A stretch of 57,385 nucleotides of DNA, counting the filler, from Sluysia triapertura (taxonomy: Eukaryota): NCBI GenBank assembly GCA_046118255.1. It is 4 parts of 4 records of this genome, joined end to end, with 100 filler letters (N's around TTAATTAATTAA, not from the genome) between each part and the next. Parts side by side here need not be neighbours in the genome. Positions count along the whole stretch, not along the records: positions 12,188 to 33,608 come from JBJNIA010257294.1; positions 33,709 to 46,396 come from JBJNIA010090125.1; 2 more parts are not named here. One strand, 5' to 3'. The notes under the pieces were generated by a model. The model was not told where the DNA came from and made no database searches. It saw only the letters and a program-made list of their open reading frames with translations. A program made the translations under genes and the position numbers. Of the stretch, positions 26,477 through 38,916 are shown piece by piece. Position 1 is the first letter of the stretch. Each line of letters starts with the position of its first letter.

Positions 26477-27021
26477 TTCTGTTCAAAGATGGTTTGATGA
26501 ACAATTCGATTACACTTATAATGGCAATTCTTGTACTGCTGTTTGTGGACATTATACTCAGGTAAGAAATCAAAATTTGTGAAATTTATAATTATTATGT
26601 AGCTTGTTTGGGCTACTTCAGATTCATTAGGATGTGGATTTGCAAAGTGTAGAGGAATATGGGGTTTTTCTATGAGAAATTATGTAGTATGTAATTATGG
26701 ACCAGCGTAAGTTTATTTGTTGAATTAATTTTGCTTTTAATTTATTTTTAGTGGAAATTACATTGAACGATTACCATATGAAGTTGGGCCAAGTTGTTCG
26801 GCATGTCCGCAAGGAACGATTTGTAAAGATGCACTTTGTACGATAAGTTTTAATTACATTTAATAACATTACACAATTTAGGTGTATCTAATGGATTACC
26901 AGAAATCCCTGAACTCAAACATAACTTGACTAGTAATATTATTAGAAATAATATTACGAGTATTATTAATCCTGATAGTAATGTTAATAAAGACGGGTCG
27001 AAAGATTCTGAATGTGATTAA
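26477..27021 (+). CDS. CAP/SCP/TAPS (CRISP/PI16/GLIPR-like) protein, 3' exons 26477-26561, 26603-26706, 26752-26837, 26882-27021
   Basis: Spliced translation SVQRWFDE..CGHYTQLVWATSDSLGCG..YVVCNYGPAGNY...YEVGPSCSACPQGTICKDALC...ECD*; introns are 41, 45 and 44 bp GT-AG. The 5' exons were not located. Confidence 0.93.
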
Positions 27022-27780
27022 AATTGTCAATGTATTTGTGTTATTTTGCTTTCAAATAATTAACCTTTTAAAAAATTGTATTTACAAAATAAGATAAACT
27101 TACGTATCCGCTTGTGGTACATAACTTATGGAGGCATATTTACAAGAAAATTTAAGAACTTAAATTAGAGTGAGTTCTCTAGTTTTTCTTATATGCATTT
27201 TTAATCTGAGGGCTTTTTTAAACAACTTGTTAATTAAATGGAAATGTAACTATACTAAAGTTTACTCAGAACAACAACTAAAAACATTACCCGTAAAAGT
27301 TGATACAATCTTAGTACCGAAACCTATAATAATATTGTGCAAAATGATCATTCATTTAAATAATAAAGAAAATAATAATATAAATTTTTGAATATAAGGT
27401 CTTAAGCTCTATTCACCGTTATAAATCACATTTTTAGATTATGATTTTATGGCTAGCTTACTTCCAGTCTCAAAAATTGATCTGTAAATTTAGAATGTTG
27501 TGGCTGACTTGAGACCAGTCTCAAAAGTTTTATAGCTCCTCAAAAAGAGACGTTTTCCTTAATAATAACAAAATTATGATTTAATTTCAAAATTATTTGT
27601 TACTGTGGAGAGGGCTTTATCTTTTTAAAATTAAAACAATTATTAAAAATATTGAACTTTGTTTTTTGTGTTTTAAAATTTTTATTAGAAAAGTTAAAAA
27701 TTCCAATTAACAAAAAGCAATTTAAATAGAACTCGTGAAGAATTAATAAATTAGGTTTAAGGCTTTTTCTAAACAACAAA

Positions 27781-29050
27781 TTAAACAAATATACATATGG
27801 GATATAAGTTTAATTTAAGTGTTTTGTGGATATTGGTTATACACCATAATTTGTCAGAGATGACCTTGGGCTTAGTCTCATTAAATATGAAGAGGGCGTA
27901 TCTGCCATTTATTATGTGATCAGTAATTTGTATACGAAGAATTCTATTGTTTACGAGTAATAAAGAATTTATTGCTTTCAATATCCTCATGTGAATGATT
28001 ATTAGATTAAATCTTATTTTAAGGTTGAAGACTTTGTAGTTACGTTCAATATAAATCTTATTAGTATTAGTTGTAGTCTTCGTTACTTTACCTATAACCT
28101 TAAATTTAGAAATGTGGAAAATCAATGAATTATCATAAACATTTTTGGATTTTACGTATTTAAAGTCAAATTTATAAAAATAACAAAGATAATTATTTAT
28201 TGGCACACTAAATAAAGAGATGATGTTAAGAAATGTTTCAAGTTTTATAAAATTTTCTGTACACTTTACCTCGTTCCAGATACCAATTTCATTAACTTCT
28301 AGATTGTCATAACTATAATAAATAATATATAAATACACGGTATGATAAATAGAATAATAAAAATTTAATGTGAAAACATTACCTTGCCTAATCTTAGAAT
28401 GATCACATCTGTACATGATTGAATCGAGTAACATGATTAACTGGAATAACTCCACATTGTTAGTGAAATTTAATACATTAACTTCGGTTTGAAAATATTA
28501 ATTTTGATTTTGAGTTATTAATGTTGACCACTACAATAATATTAATCAACTATTGTTTTAAATGTTAAATCAACCAGTATTCCTATAAATACAAAATAGG
28601 TAAAATAAGTTTATGATCAACAAATAAGACAGTAGATGTTTGAATATTATTAAGATAAACCAATAATCATTTTCGAAAATACTGCGGCAAAACATATTTG
28701 GTTTGATCGTTGTTATTTTCACGTGTTTTTTTATTTGTTGATAATAAATTCTATTATGTTCGTTTGATAATAAATTCTATTATGGTAATTTCTTTAATAT
28801 TTTTGTGGCTTTATTTTACTTTATTGGTTTGTAATAGTTTGTTCTTATTAATATTTAATTCTTTCTTTCAACTGGTTAATTCTTTTTGAACTTAACTCTC
28901 AGCAAAATAAAAGTTTACGGGTTCGGTAACAGTACACGGCTTAAAACGTGCAGTAATCGAATCTAACTATGACCATGGTATATAACATGTGATGTTCTAT
29001 AAATTATAACTTCCTAACTCGTTTAATATTAGTTTTTGTATGAAATTATA
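27781..29050 (-). mobile_element. ancient decayed RLE non-LTR retrotransposon, post-RT and C-terminal region (includes ORF 27781-28455)
   Basis: 28357-28436 aligns with 11990-12068 (DSIMY..NVFTLNFY vs NSIMF..DAFTLKLY). The ORF weakly parallels the 11136-11930 protein but lacks its Cys/His residues. Confidence 0.5.
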
Positions 29051-29189
29051 TATCGACATAGAGATCTGAGTCAACAGAAGAGGATTTGATAATTGGCTCT
29101 TGAATAGTAGTAGTGGAAGGTAGAACAACACTAGGAGAGCCTGAAAGATCAAAGGTAGACGCAGCAGCGTCGGAAGGGTGCTGAATGGG

Positions 29190-29620
29190 TAAATTAGAAT
29201 CACAATTACCAAAATATTTAGCCCTCAGGGATCGTGAGAGTTTCCTAACAGGGAGAACATTTGCATTCATAGTTAAATGGGTGTCACTTTTATTTGCATT
29301 CACTTTCGGTATTGTAGAGAGTTTGTAGGAATTCGAGGCGGCTATATTTGGCCGCTGATTATGCCACCGATAAAATTGTTCTTGACTGCCTAATGCATGA
29401 AGAACACACTTCACGTTGGAGGCATGGTTCTACCTCCTGCCAACACAAGCGACAACAATCACTGCTTTAGATAGATACAAACACCGCTCGGTATATATGA
29501 GATAAAAACATATCACTGCCGAGAAATAGAATTATTGTACAAGTATGTGGGGCATAAACCGCTACATGCGATGACTAATGCTTCTGAAATCTTGGAGTAG
29601 GTATTGACAAATGCCCAATA
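29190..29620 (-). mobile_element. R4/Dong-like non-LTR fragment (zinc knuckle-RHN region), frameshifted
   Basis: ISEALVIACSGLCPT / DCCRLCWQEVE / QFYRWHNQ resembles ETEGxIIAxQxQxxPT..CRLC..E..RHN. Confidence 0.55.
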
Positions 29621-29857
29621 GATGGCTACTTCTGTAATCGTCGTTTAGTATTTTCGCAGAAAATATCACAAAAATGAAAGTTATCCGAAAAGTATACAAT
29701 TTATCAAGAGTATACAATTTCACCGAAAATATACAATTTATCCAAAAAAAATCAAAGTATAAAAATCTTAGTATTTTTCAGGGGTCGATGACTGTGTATA
29801 AGATATGGTCAGGATTTTCAGGCAGAGTCGGAAGAGCAAGTCGACCAGCTCCCAGAA

Positions 29858-31215
29858 TTATAGGGTTAAGAATGGAAGAGTGGGAGCTATGTGAGGAATT
29901 AAACTCCTCCAACTCTTAAAGGAACCACAGGGACACAGTATAATTAGGTCATTAAGTGGGGTAGTAAAACCATGTTTGCGGGTGAATTGTCTACGGAGTT
30001 CGCGGACATTAAGAATTGATATACCCCTCATCTTACAATTCTTGCTGACACAGCGAATGAGACCCTTTAGAAATCTTTTCAGAGGTGGATGATAGAGTCG
30101 TGCAGACTTCATCCAAGTCAACGGAGTCAGTCGGATCCTCAGGCGTGTCAATACTGACTGGGGCAGAATCAGTGATGACATTGGAACCTTCGATAATAGT
30201 AGGATCAGTTTCAGTGGTAAGTAAGATGGGAGACGGAGCTTCTACCAGAGTAGCAGTTACGGTTGGTTCGAGCTGAGTATCCCCTGTAGTAGGTGTAACC
30301 ACTGTTGGCGCTGGGATAATAGGTTGGGGAGGACAATCACCTAGTGGTTGGCAAAGGAAAACTTCATCCCCTTCCCATACGATGAGGTTTCTTGTAAAGA
30401 AACCCTTAGTAAAATAATAGGGTTCAGCAGTCTGAGGAAGGGATTTCTTTTGTTGTTTATTATTAGGGAAGCTAACGCGGAGATTAAAGGGGAATGAAGG
30501 TGTGTTGAATACTGCAACAGTATGCTCGGACTTATTCTCAGGACGTGAATTCTGCCGTAGGCGCGTCTGATTATTCCTCACCTTCTTAGGAGAGTACCAC
30601 TGGAAGGAATTAATTTGGTCCTTAGGGCGCATCTCTGATGTTTTTTATTCTTCACTGGACGTTGCCAGGTCTTTTCAGTTTTATTATTTTTAGGGCGCGA
30701 TTGCTGGGCCGTTTTGGTAAAATTTGAATTTGAGTGGCGCTTGGAGGACTCAGTAGGTTGGTCAGGGCGAAGCATGTCCGCGGGGAGCGCCACCAGATAG
30801 CCACAGACCATGACTGTAGGCGGAAAGGACAGGGGGCGTTAGTGAGGTACGTAATTCCCTTAATATTTAATAGCGCGCAGATTTGAGCCGAAAGTAATTT
30901 GCCACTGGAGATGGTGTGCTTAGTATTTTTTGTGCGCAAGGGATCAAGAACGAAAGAAAGTTTTTCAGTTGCATCAATAACAAGGGAAAAGTGGTTATTG
31001 ATGCAAAGGATGGCGCAGAAGAAAGAACAGTTCGGGTTATACCCAATTATTGATTTTTTAAAGTAGTGAGGGCTGTCAAGGAAGGGTTGTGCAGGTATTC
31101 TTACTGTGTAGAGAAGAGAAGACCTCAATCTCATCCTCATAGAGCCATAGGTCAGTAGGGCCTGGACCGCCGCCAAGGGGACGGCGATAATAAGGAAGGG
31201 ACGGATTAGCCAAGT
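29858..31215 (-). mobile_element. NeSL/Utopia-like non-LTR 5' region: Ulp1-type cysteine protease, Pro/Thr-rich linker and zinc fingers, frameshifted
   Basis: WLYEDEI, LCINNHFSLV..FVLDPL and CPFRLQSW/VCGYLV (His-Asp-Gln-Cys order) across frames; CVSKNC and CPCG..H zinc-finger-like motifs; GC-rich. Ulp1 is a known NeSL-clade accessory domain. Confidence 0.7.
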
Positions 31216-31379
31216 TATGAAAGAAAGAAATATGAACGAAGACAATAATAATAATAATATGACACAAAATAAATAAAATCAGCACACACACACATTGACA
31301 GTACATACATACACAGAAGGAAGGTCGGATCAAAAAAAAAAGGATGAAGAGAAAATACATACTGATACCAGGAGCAGTA

Positions 31380-31645
31380 TTGCTGGATCACCAAGGCCAA
31401 CAGCATGTGTCTCACGAGCACGGATGTCTGGAAGCTCACGAGAGGATGGTCCAGCAGCATAAGGACCTCGTGCGTAACAGACTATGCGACCAGCTTGTTG
31501 ACAAAGAGCTGTATGATGCGTTGGAACCGGGAACGTGAGAGCTGGATCACCCAGGTAAACTGGAAGCACCTCTCGAGCACGGTAATCTGGATACTCACGA
31601 AAGGATGGTCAAGCTGCATGAGGACCCCGTGCGTGACAAGCTCTG
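31380..31645. repeat. GC-rich direct duplication, ~160-bp period
   Basis: ctggatcacc..cgagcacgg..ctgga..ctcacga.aggatggtc.agc.gcat.aggacc.cgtgcgt.aca at ~31383 and ~31542. Confidence 0.85.
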
Positions 31646-32220
31646 CATCTTGGAAAGGCACTGATCTTCTGGTGACAGCGACAAGCCACAATCTGGATAC
31701 TGCTTAGCATTGACCATCTGGTTGCCACGAGCTTTCATGGCTCACATATCAAGGAGACCAGTTTGCACTAGGCCCAACCATTCCACATCAAGTACATAAT
31801 CCATTAGGCCAGAGGAATCCAAGTAGTCCATCTGATTACCACGAAACCATGCTAAATCGAGATTATACTGATTTTGCTGTTTTGGTTTGAAAGCTCCTCC
31901 ACACTTCCTTGACGACCAACTCTTGAATTCACCATCATTAAATCCACCAATTGTGTACAGATACCTTTGACTTTTCATAAAAGCCTTCACTCTTGAGCGT
32001 AACATCATTAAATCTTCCAATTGTGTCGAAATACCATTGATGATCGAACAAATTATTTATCTGAAAAGCTCCCCTCCATACTTTCTTCGGGGTGAAGTCA
32101 TAATGAGTATAGAGGAAGCTCTCAGATTTACCATCGAGGATATCACGGCGTAGGAAAACTCTGGAAAAATGTTCTCAGAGTCACCACACGCCTCCAAAAT
32201 TGAGGAACCGAAGATAAGTT

Positions 32221-33608
32221 CTAATATTGCAAAATGTGTATTCCCATGCAGTAAGGTTTTAAATTTATAAATTTAATAAAAATTAATAGAAAAGGAAGTA
32301 GTGTTTGTTTTATTATTGAGCGGGGTATTGTAGTGTGGTCCCTATAGATATTAAATGAAGATTCCAGTGCAAGAGTAATGCATTCGCGCACCAGAGATTT
32401 TATGTCCGGTGTTGTGAGGGCTTTAAAATAATTTAAGTTATTATTGTTGACATCTCTATATTTAGTGTATTTAATCAATATTTGAGTATGTTCGAGTTTT
32501 TCGTTTTCAATGTCGACGGTGGAATAATAAGTAACTATTTTGTCAGAACGGATTAAAAGTATTTCAAAGTCAGATAAACTACTCGCGGACATGTTGTCCT
32601 CTTCTTCACAACTAAGACTGTTGTTTAAATGCAATAGTAATTGGATTACAATTCCGTCGTTGTATTTTCGCTCTAGTGTGACTTCGCTAGTTATGATGAC
32701 TAAAATCGTTTTGCTAATCCCTATTGAATAGTTTTTATATCTATAGATAACTATTCTTGTATTATACGCTAATTTGTTAAGAATGGATGAAAATATTAGC
32801 AGTTCATTTCTGCTTAATAACATCAAAAAATTACGAAATTTAAAACATGACATATAATTATAGAATTTGACATTAATAACATTTATTTTATATACAAAAG
32901 GGGTTTTGGAATTCTTCATGATCTCTTGCCTCTGGATCTCCTTCGTCCTGGGTTCTACTTCGCTGTACAGCATTCTAAAATTAATATAATGAAGGATAAA
33001 ATGATAAATATTTACAGGTATATAAACAATAGTAAAATTACTACCTCCGTAACTATCGAGAATCTTCATAACCAAGGTAATTAATATTTCTTCAGTGATT
33101 ACTGCTAGATGGCCACAATCAGCACGTATGGCATTGGGTTTACACGTTGTGAATTCCTGGTGGTGAGTTAGATCTGCATCTTCATTACGCCATCTTTTGC
33201 CAACTTCGATAACACAAGACAAACCGCCAGCTATTAATTCTTTTGAATACAATACCAGTGCGATTCTCACGTACACTCCTAGACTGAACGCTTCATGGCC
33301 TATCGAATAGGGTATTTCTGTGGCATCACCAGGAATAACATTCATATCAAGTGTCTCTACTTCTAGCATTCCCATGTTATTTAAAATATCTCCAATATGA
33401 CTGATAACTCCTGAATCTACTAAAAATCTGCTTCTGAGTGTACATACAATCTTCTGATCTCTTACTCCAACATGATCATGTGGCATTTGTATCGAACATG
33501 GACTGAGCAAATGTATCGATGTAGCATAGATATCATCTTCACCATTTTTCGGATTGTCCGGATGCTCTTCGACATATTTCTGGTAGCCTAACTTGATATT
33601 TTTATACT
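32221..33608 (-). CDS. chimeric open reading frame: degenerate class II lysyl-tRNA synthetase fragment (33608-~33020) fused to decayed non-LTR RT-like sequence (~32950-32221); 5' end in the gap
   Basis: IHLLSPC, GMLEVET..MNVIPGDA, VYVRIA..LY.KELIAGG..VIEVGKRWRNEDADLTHHQEFTTC match LysRS motifs 1 and 2. The frame stays open upstream of 33510 to the contig end; no introns. Confidence 0.7.
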
Positions 33609-33708
33609 NNNNNNNNNNNNNNNNNNNNNNNNNNNNNNNNNNNNNNNNNNNNTTAATTAATTAANNNNNNNNNNNNNNNNNNNNNNNNNNNNNNNNNNNN
33701 NNNNNNNN
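33609..33708. other. assembly spacer
   Basis: N-TTAATTAATTAA-N. Confidence 0.97.
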
Positions 33709-33753
<45 letters not shown>

Positions 33754-34694
33754 CTTTAACATTTTAAAACTTGAAATAATACAAATTACAAAATCTATTA
33801 ATTAGTAACTTAATCTTTTTTAAAATAAAATAGATCTTATACATTTGAAGATTAGTTGGATTAACGTCTGTATATGTTACAGATATTAGTTTATTGTATT
33901 TTAATAAAATAAATTATTTATTATATTAAAAAATAAAAATTCGAAAAAATATGGTAAAATATAAAGAAGATATATTACACATTATTTCTTAGTTTGTGAC
34001 CTTTTAAAATTTTGTTTGTATTGTACTAATTAGAAAATTATATTATTCTAATGCTTTTTATATTACATTAATTTATTTTTAATTTGCTTAATAATTTTAT
34101 TTTTATATTTTTGTAATAATGCTAAACACAATAAGGTTTTAGATTAGTGCTGATATATAAGGTCTAAATATTGCCGCATTACTAGATCAATCTAATCAAT
34201 GAGTCCTCCTTTATATTTATAAAGATGACACATTGCCAAATCCAAAAAATAATTATTGATTTTTAAATAATCGTCGTGTCACCTTAATTTCTGTCTCCTT
34301 TCTTATTTTAACTTTTTTTGTTCAACATTTAAATAAATAATAAAATAAATAATAAATTTAATTATTTATTACTTATAAATTTATAGTTAAAATTTTCTAA
34401 TAAATTTTCCAACTTCAAAGGATGCACCCTCAGAAATTCGTAAAATGTTCGTAAATAATAACAAAGAAGAATTTTATGAAAAATTATATAATTATATTTC
34501 ATTTAACTGTTAGCTTGCCATCACAACCCATAAAATTATCAAAAATATTATTAAAATTTAATTTAAATCATTGAAAAAATATTTTTGCGTTTCCAGATAC
34601 TCAAAAAACATTTATTTTCCAAAAAAGAAATTTATTTTTCCAAAAAAGAAAATGAAAATTCTAAAAAGGAAAATTTGCTTCTATAAATAGAACA

Positions 34695-34830
34695 GAAGTT
34701 TCTAGAATGTTCTAGAACATTAAACTAGCATCAGTTTAATGAAAATCGCCATTTTATTAGATACTTACCACTATTTTATTGGTCAGACATTTGCGACCAT
34801 TTTATTAATACTTGTCGCCATTTTATTGCT
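34695..34830 (+). repeat. dispersed repeat with a palindromic TTCTAGAA core and repeated CCATTTTATT; inverted homolog at ~44135-44220
   Basis: aaactagcatcagtttaatgaaaatcgccatttt vs the reverse complement of aaaatggcgatttgctaaattgatgctagttt. Confidence 0.55.
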
Positions 34831-36230
34831 ACGGACTATTTTGGTAGAAGATTCATCAATTCAAATACTTACCACCACTTCTTTCGGAACTATTATACCA
34901 ATTTGGAATTTACTGGACCCGCGATATTTTCCATGTCAAAGGTAATTTGTTTTTTGTAAGGTATTTTTAAATTTAAAAAATCAAATATTTGTGTAAAATT
35001 TTGATTTCAAATTACATTATTATTACTATTATTATTATTATCGTAATTAATTCTTTTGTATATTTTGATAATAAAACTTAATTTTAGTTATTTTTCAATA
35101 GATAAATAGATTTTGTGACCCTCTAGGTATTAGAAGTAAGATTAAGTAAATTAAGCATAACTTTTTGCACTTTTAAGCTACAAAGGTGCCAACTATTAGT
35201 TGTAAGACGCTCACCGTAGCCGGACCTTGCTCAATTTTATTTTGCCGTAGGTTTACTAATAAGAAAAAACCACAGCAGTATGAACATACTGTAACCGAAA
35301 ATTATTTAAGGGTAAGAGTGCACCAATGTAATAATCAAGTTTCACATCTGAGATATTTAATACCATTAAAGCTTGTGAAACAAGAGCAGAACCGATTCAC
35401 AATTACCGAATTTTTTTTACCGAATTCGCAATATCCCAAGAATCGTTTCAGCATACATAAAACTTAATAGTGAATAACACAATGCCAAAATATGTTTTAT
35501 TAATCAAATATTAAAGCTAAATATGTTTCTTTTATCTTGCATTTTGTTTTAATATGAAACAGTCCAGAATGGATATACTTGATAACATACCACGTCTATA
35601 TAACATGAATGACACGACTCGGAAAAGATAAATTTAAAATTTAATATTGAAAATAAACTGCACATAGTCAAACAAAGGAACAAATTCTCAGTGTTTAATT
35701 TTAACTTTTTTTGAACCATGTAAAACGAGAAATAGGTGTATTTTAAGAAGTAGCACGACTGGCCTAAAGAAAAATTATGAAAACGTAAGAAAAGCATCCA
35801 TTTTTAATTTAATCAATTTAATAAAGTTTTATTTTGCGAATAATTTTAATATTTAATGTAAAATCAGGCAATCATTATATAATTTTGAGAGACAATTAAA
35901 AAATCATTTGTTTTAATTAACCAATTTTGTAAAAATAATCAAGCTTAATTTTTAATATATTTTATATAATTATTAATCAATAAATCAATCTGATGAACTA
36001 TTATATATAGAAGAGAGAATCAATATTCTGAATACAAATATGAATATAAATATTCATTGGAATGATAAAAATGGTGTGCAAAAATCAAAATGAAAGTATT
36101 TTAAATTGTAAAAATTGAAACTTTTATATTGATTTTACATTTAACCCTTTTAATTCTACTGGGATACATATGCTCCAATAAATTTCTAATAAGCATAATT
36201 ACATAAATGCTGTATTTTCTGTAATTATAA

Positions 36231-36509
36231 CACATTGTTGACCGGCAATTTTATGCTGAAACTATCTCATGTCACCGGCTATTATTTCGTAATTCAATGT
36301 GGAACTAAAATTGTTATAAAAATCTGAATATCTAGAAAAATAATTTTTATAATAAAAGGGGCACGTCTAAATACGATGAACAAATAAAGCTTTTGCAGTA
36401 TTCTAAATTGCCCCGGGTTTCATAAATTGAAATCACGTGTTAACTTGTGATTGGTCAACAACGTTTGGGCATAAAAACACGTGTTAACTCGAGACCGGTC
36501 AACAATGTG
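36231..36509. mobile_element. piggyBac-like MITE, 15-bp perfect TIR, ATAA target duplication
   Basis: ATAA|CACATTGTTGACCGG ... CCGGTCAACAATGTG|ATAA; the right end is internally duplicated (cacgtgttaact twice). Confidence 0.8.
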
Positions 36510-37130
36510 ATAATAAAGAATTGTGTAATTATAATATATTTTGATGAATTCGCAGGGTTGTGCATGTTGGTAATACCCTGTTATTGTTTGTTATAATTTT
36601 GCTTTTAGATACAAAAATTGTTTAAAAAAGTATAAAGTATAAACTCAATTTTTATTATATAAAAACCACTAAGTACTTGTCATAATTTATAACTACAAAA
36701 TTGTCATAAATAAATTTAAATTATAGATTATATATTAATAAATGTTATAAAAATTAATGCCAAATGATATTTATTTGACAAATATTAAATTCAAATTAAC
36801 AAAAAATTCAATAAATTAAGCAATGAAAATATTCCAAATGGTAAATGTCACAAATATTAATTTAATTAACCATATTTGTCATTTACTAATTCTGACTCAA
36901 TTGCTTAATTTGAATTGTAATTTTAACTAAAGATGATGAATCAGTCAGAAATTTTTCTACCTCGTTTCTAACCAACTATATTATAACGAATTGATTTATT
37001 AACACTGATTGGCCATTTGAAATGGCGTTAAACAATTAAATGGCTTGATAACTAAATTTAATAAGATGCATTTTGAGAAATTATTTTTATTGTCAATTCT
37101 ATTACTGTACAGAATTGCCGAATTTATTCG

Positions 37131-38843
37131 ATGTCAATGATTATATTTTATTTTATTTTCGTATATACTTTGTTAAACTATACAGTAGAAACTTGTATTC
37201 GATCTCCGTATATTTATTTTAGTAACTATAAATCCAAAACGCATATTTTAGTACATGGTGAATATCAACCATTGGATTTTGAAGAAAGTCGATTAGGAAG
37301 TGGACCTTTAAGACCATCTGATTTTGTATCTAATGTGCCACATAAAAATTTAGTTCGTTTTGATGTTGAAAATGTTCGAATTATATTTCGTAATGAAAAC
37401 GCTAGATGGATGACTAAAGTAGTTTACATTATTTAAATAAGATAATTCTATATTTTTAGTTTTTTAAATTTTATTATCAGTAAATTTTTAAATCAAAATT
37501 TCCAATGTATCTTAATTGTTTTCAATATCATTAACATCGATTATATGCTACAAATATATCTAGTAAAATTCCCAGCGACAAAATATAAATTCTTATTGGT
37601 GTATTCATTATTGTTCTGACTTGAAAAAGTAATCTTATCTACGGCGTCAGTGCCACTAATTCATAAATTTATCATGTTTAGTATTAAAGTGCCAAAATTA
37701 AGCGCCCTTTAATAAATTGAAGTTCGCGAATTTTACTTTCCGCCTTTGATTATATTTAGTACATTTAGTACTACAATATTGATTGAAATTTAAAATATAT
37801 GAAATAATTCTTCATTTATTTTTATGATTATTTTAAAATATAACTATTTAAACAATTTTACATATTTTAATCTGACTTACGATTCAGTTTAACTTTTACA
37901 ATCGTAAGTGCGCACACTGTCTAGTCTAGTTTCTTTTACATTTTTGCTAAACATTGTCTTTTTATAAAAAGCCCTTATAAATTACTTATTCATTTGAGAC
38001 AATTCATATTTTATATTTTATTTTATAAAATACTAGAATAAATTGTAGTATAATAATACTACAATATAATACCACTGTTAGGGCAGCCCCGACATTGCAA
38101 TTTATAAATATTACATAAATACACAAATATATAACATTAATAAATAATTTAAATTCGATTTGAGTATGTTTTTTTGAGTCAGGCGTTTAATTGTGAAAAT
38201 TTTGTGTTATTAATTTCGCTGGCATTAATAGAGGATTCAATGAGAATAAAATAGGACCACAAAGGGTTAAACAATAATATTGTACAATCAAAGTAAGGAG
38301 TAAAAACATTCCATTTTCAACAAACGTAACCTTGTCATATTTACCTATGTTCATAGGGTTATTGATTACTGAACATTAAAACGGAGTATTTATTTGTGAC
38401 TGAATAATTATGAAGATAATATATATTTAGTGACATCACTATTTGTTCATCTTTCTATCGAAATGGTTACCATGATTATTGTCACACAGGAAAAGGCTTT
38501 TATAATACTTAGATGTAATTGAAAAATTCAAATTGTAAACTTAAATTTTAAATTTTATCAAATGAACATGAGTAAAGTTTAAAACTGTAATTTAAATCAA
38601 ACGATTGTTACATAATTTTGAAACGTGCAATTCTAGACACTCCGAAGTAAACTATTGGCTCTGCAACATTATATTCGTAACCAATGGCCAGAACGAAATG
38701 TTTATTTACAGATATTTGAAACTTGGAACAAATACCGTTGTTGGCAAAACAATGACTTGCGAATAGTTCGTCCTATTCCACATATTCGAAGTCCTACTTA
38801 TCAATTATGGATGATGAGCCAATTTCACTGCGCTGGAAGAGGA
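37131..38843 (+). CDS. divergent Hedgehog N-terminal signalling (Hedge) domain protein, exons 37131-37418 and 38637-38843; 3' end unresolved
   Basis: Signal peptide then Cys; LVHGEYQP..EESRLGSGP, IIFRNENARWMTK|TLRSKLLALQHYIRNQWP..LQIFETW...HCAGR parallels Hh LxYKQFIP..EKTLGASG, IIFKDEE..RLMTQ|RCKDKLNAL..MNQWP..LRVTEGW..HYEGR. The phase-0 intron is at the canonical hh position. Confidence 0.85.
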
Positions 38844-38916
38844 GTTTGTGTTTTTATTTATAAATTATTGTTTAATTAATTTATTTATTGTTTATAATAA
38901 TTTATTGTTTTGGTAT

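Noticed and set aside
32221-33510. Functional lysyl-tRNA synthetase
   Set aside because: Motif 3 and the C-terminal catalytic half are absent and conserved residues are substituted.
36141-38268. TTAACCCTTT...AAAGGGTTAA as piggyBac ends capturing Hedge exon 1
   Set aside because: Complementarity stops after ~10 bp, so these are probably unrelated fragments.
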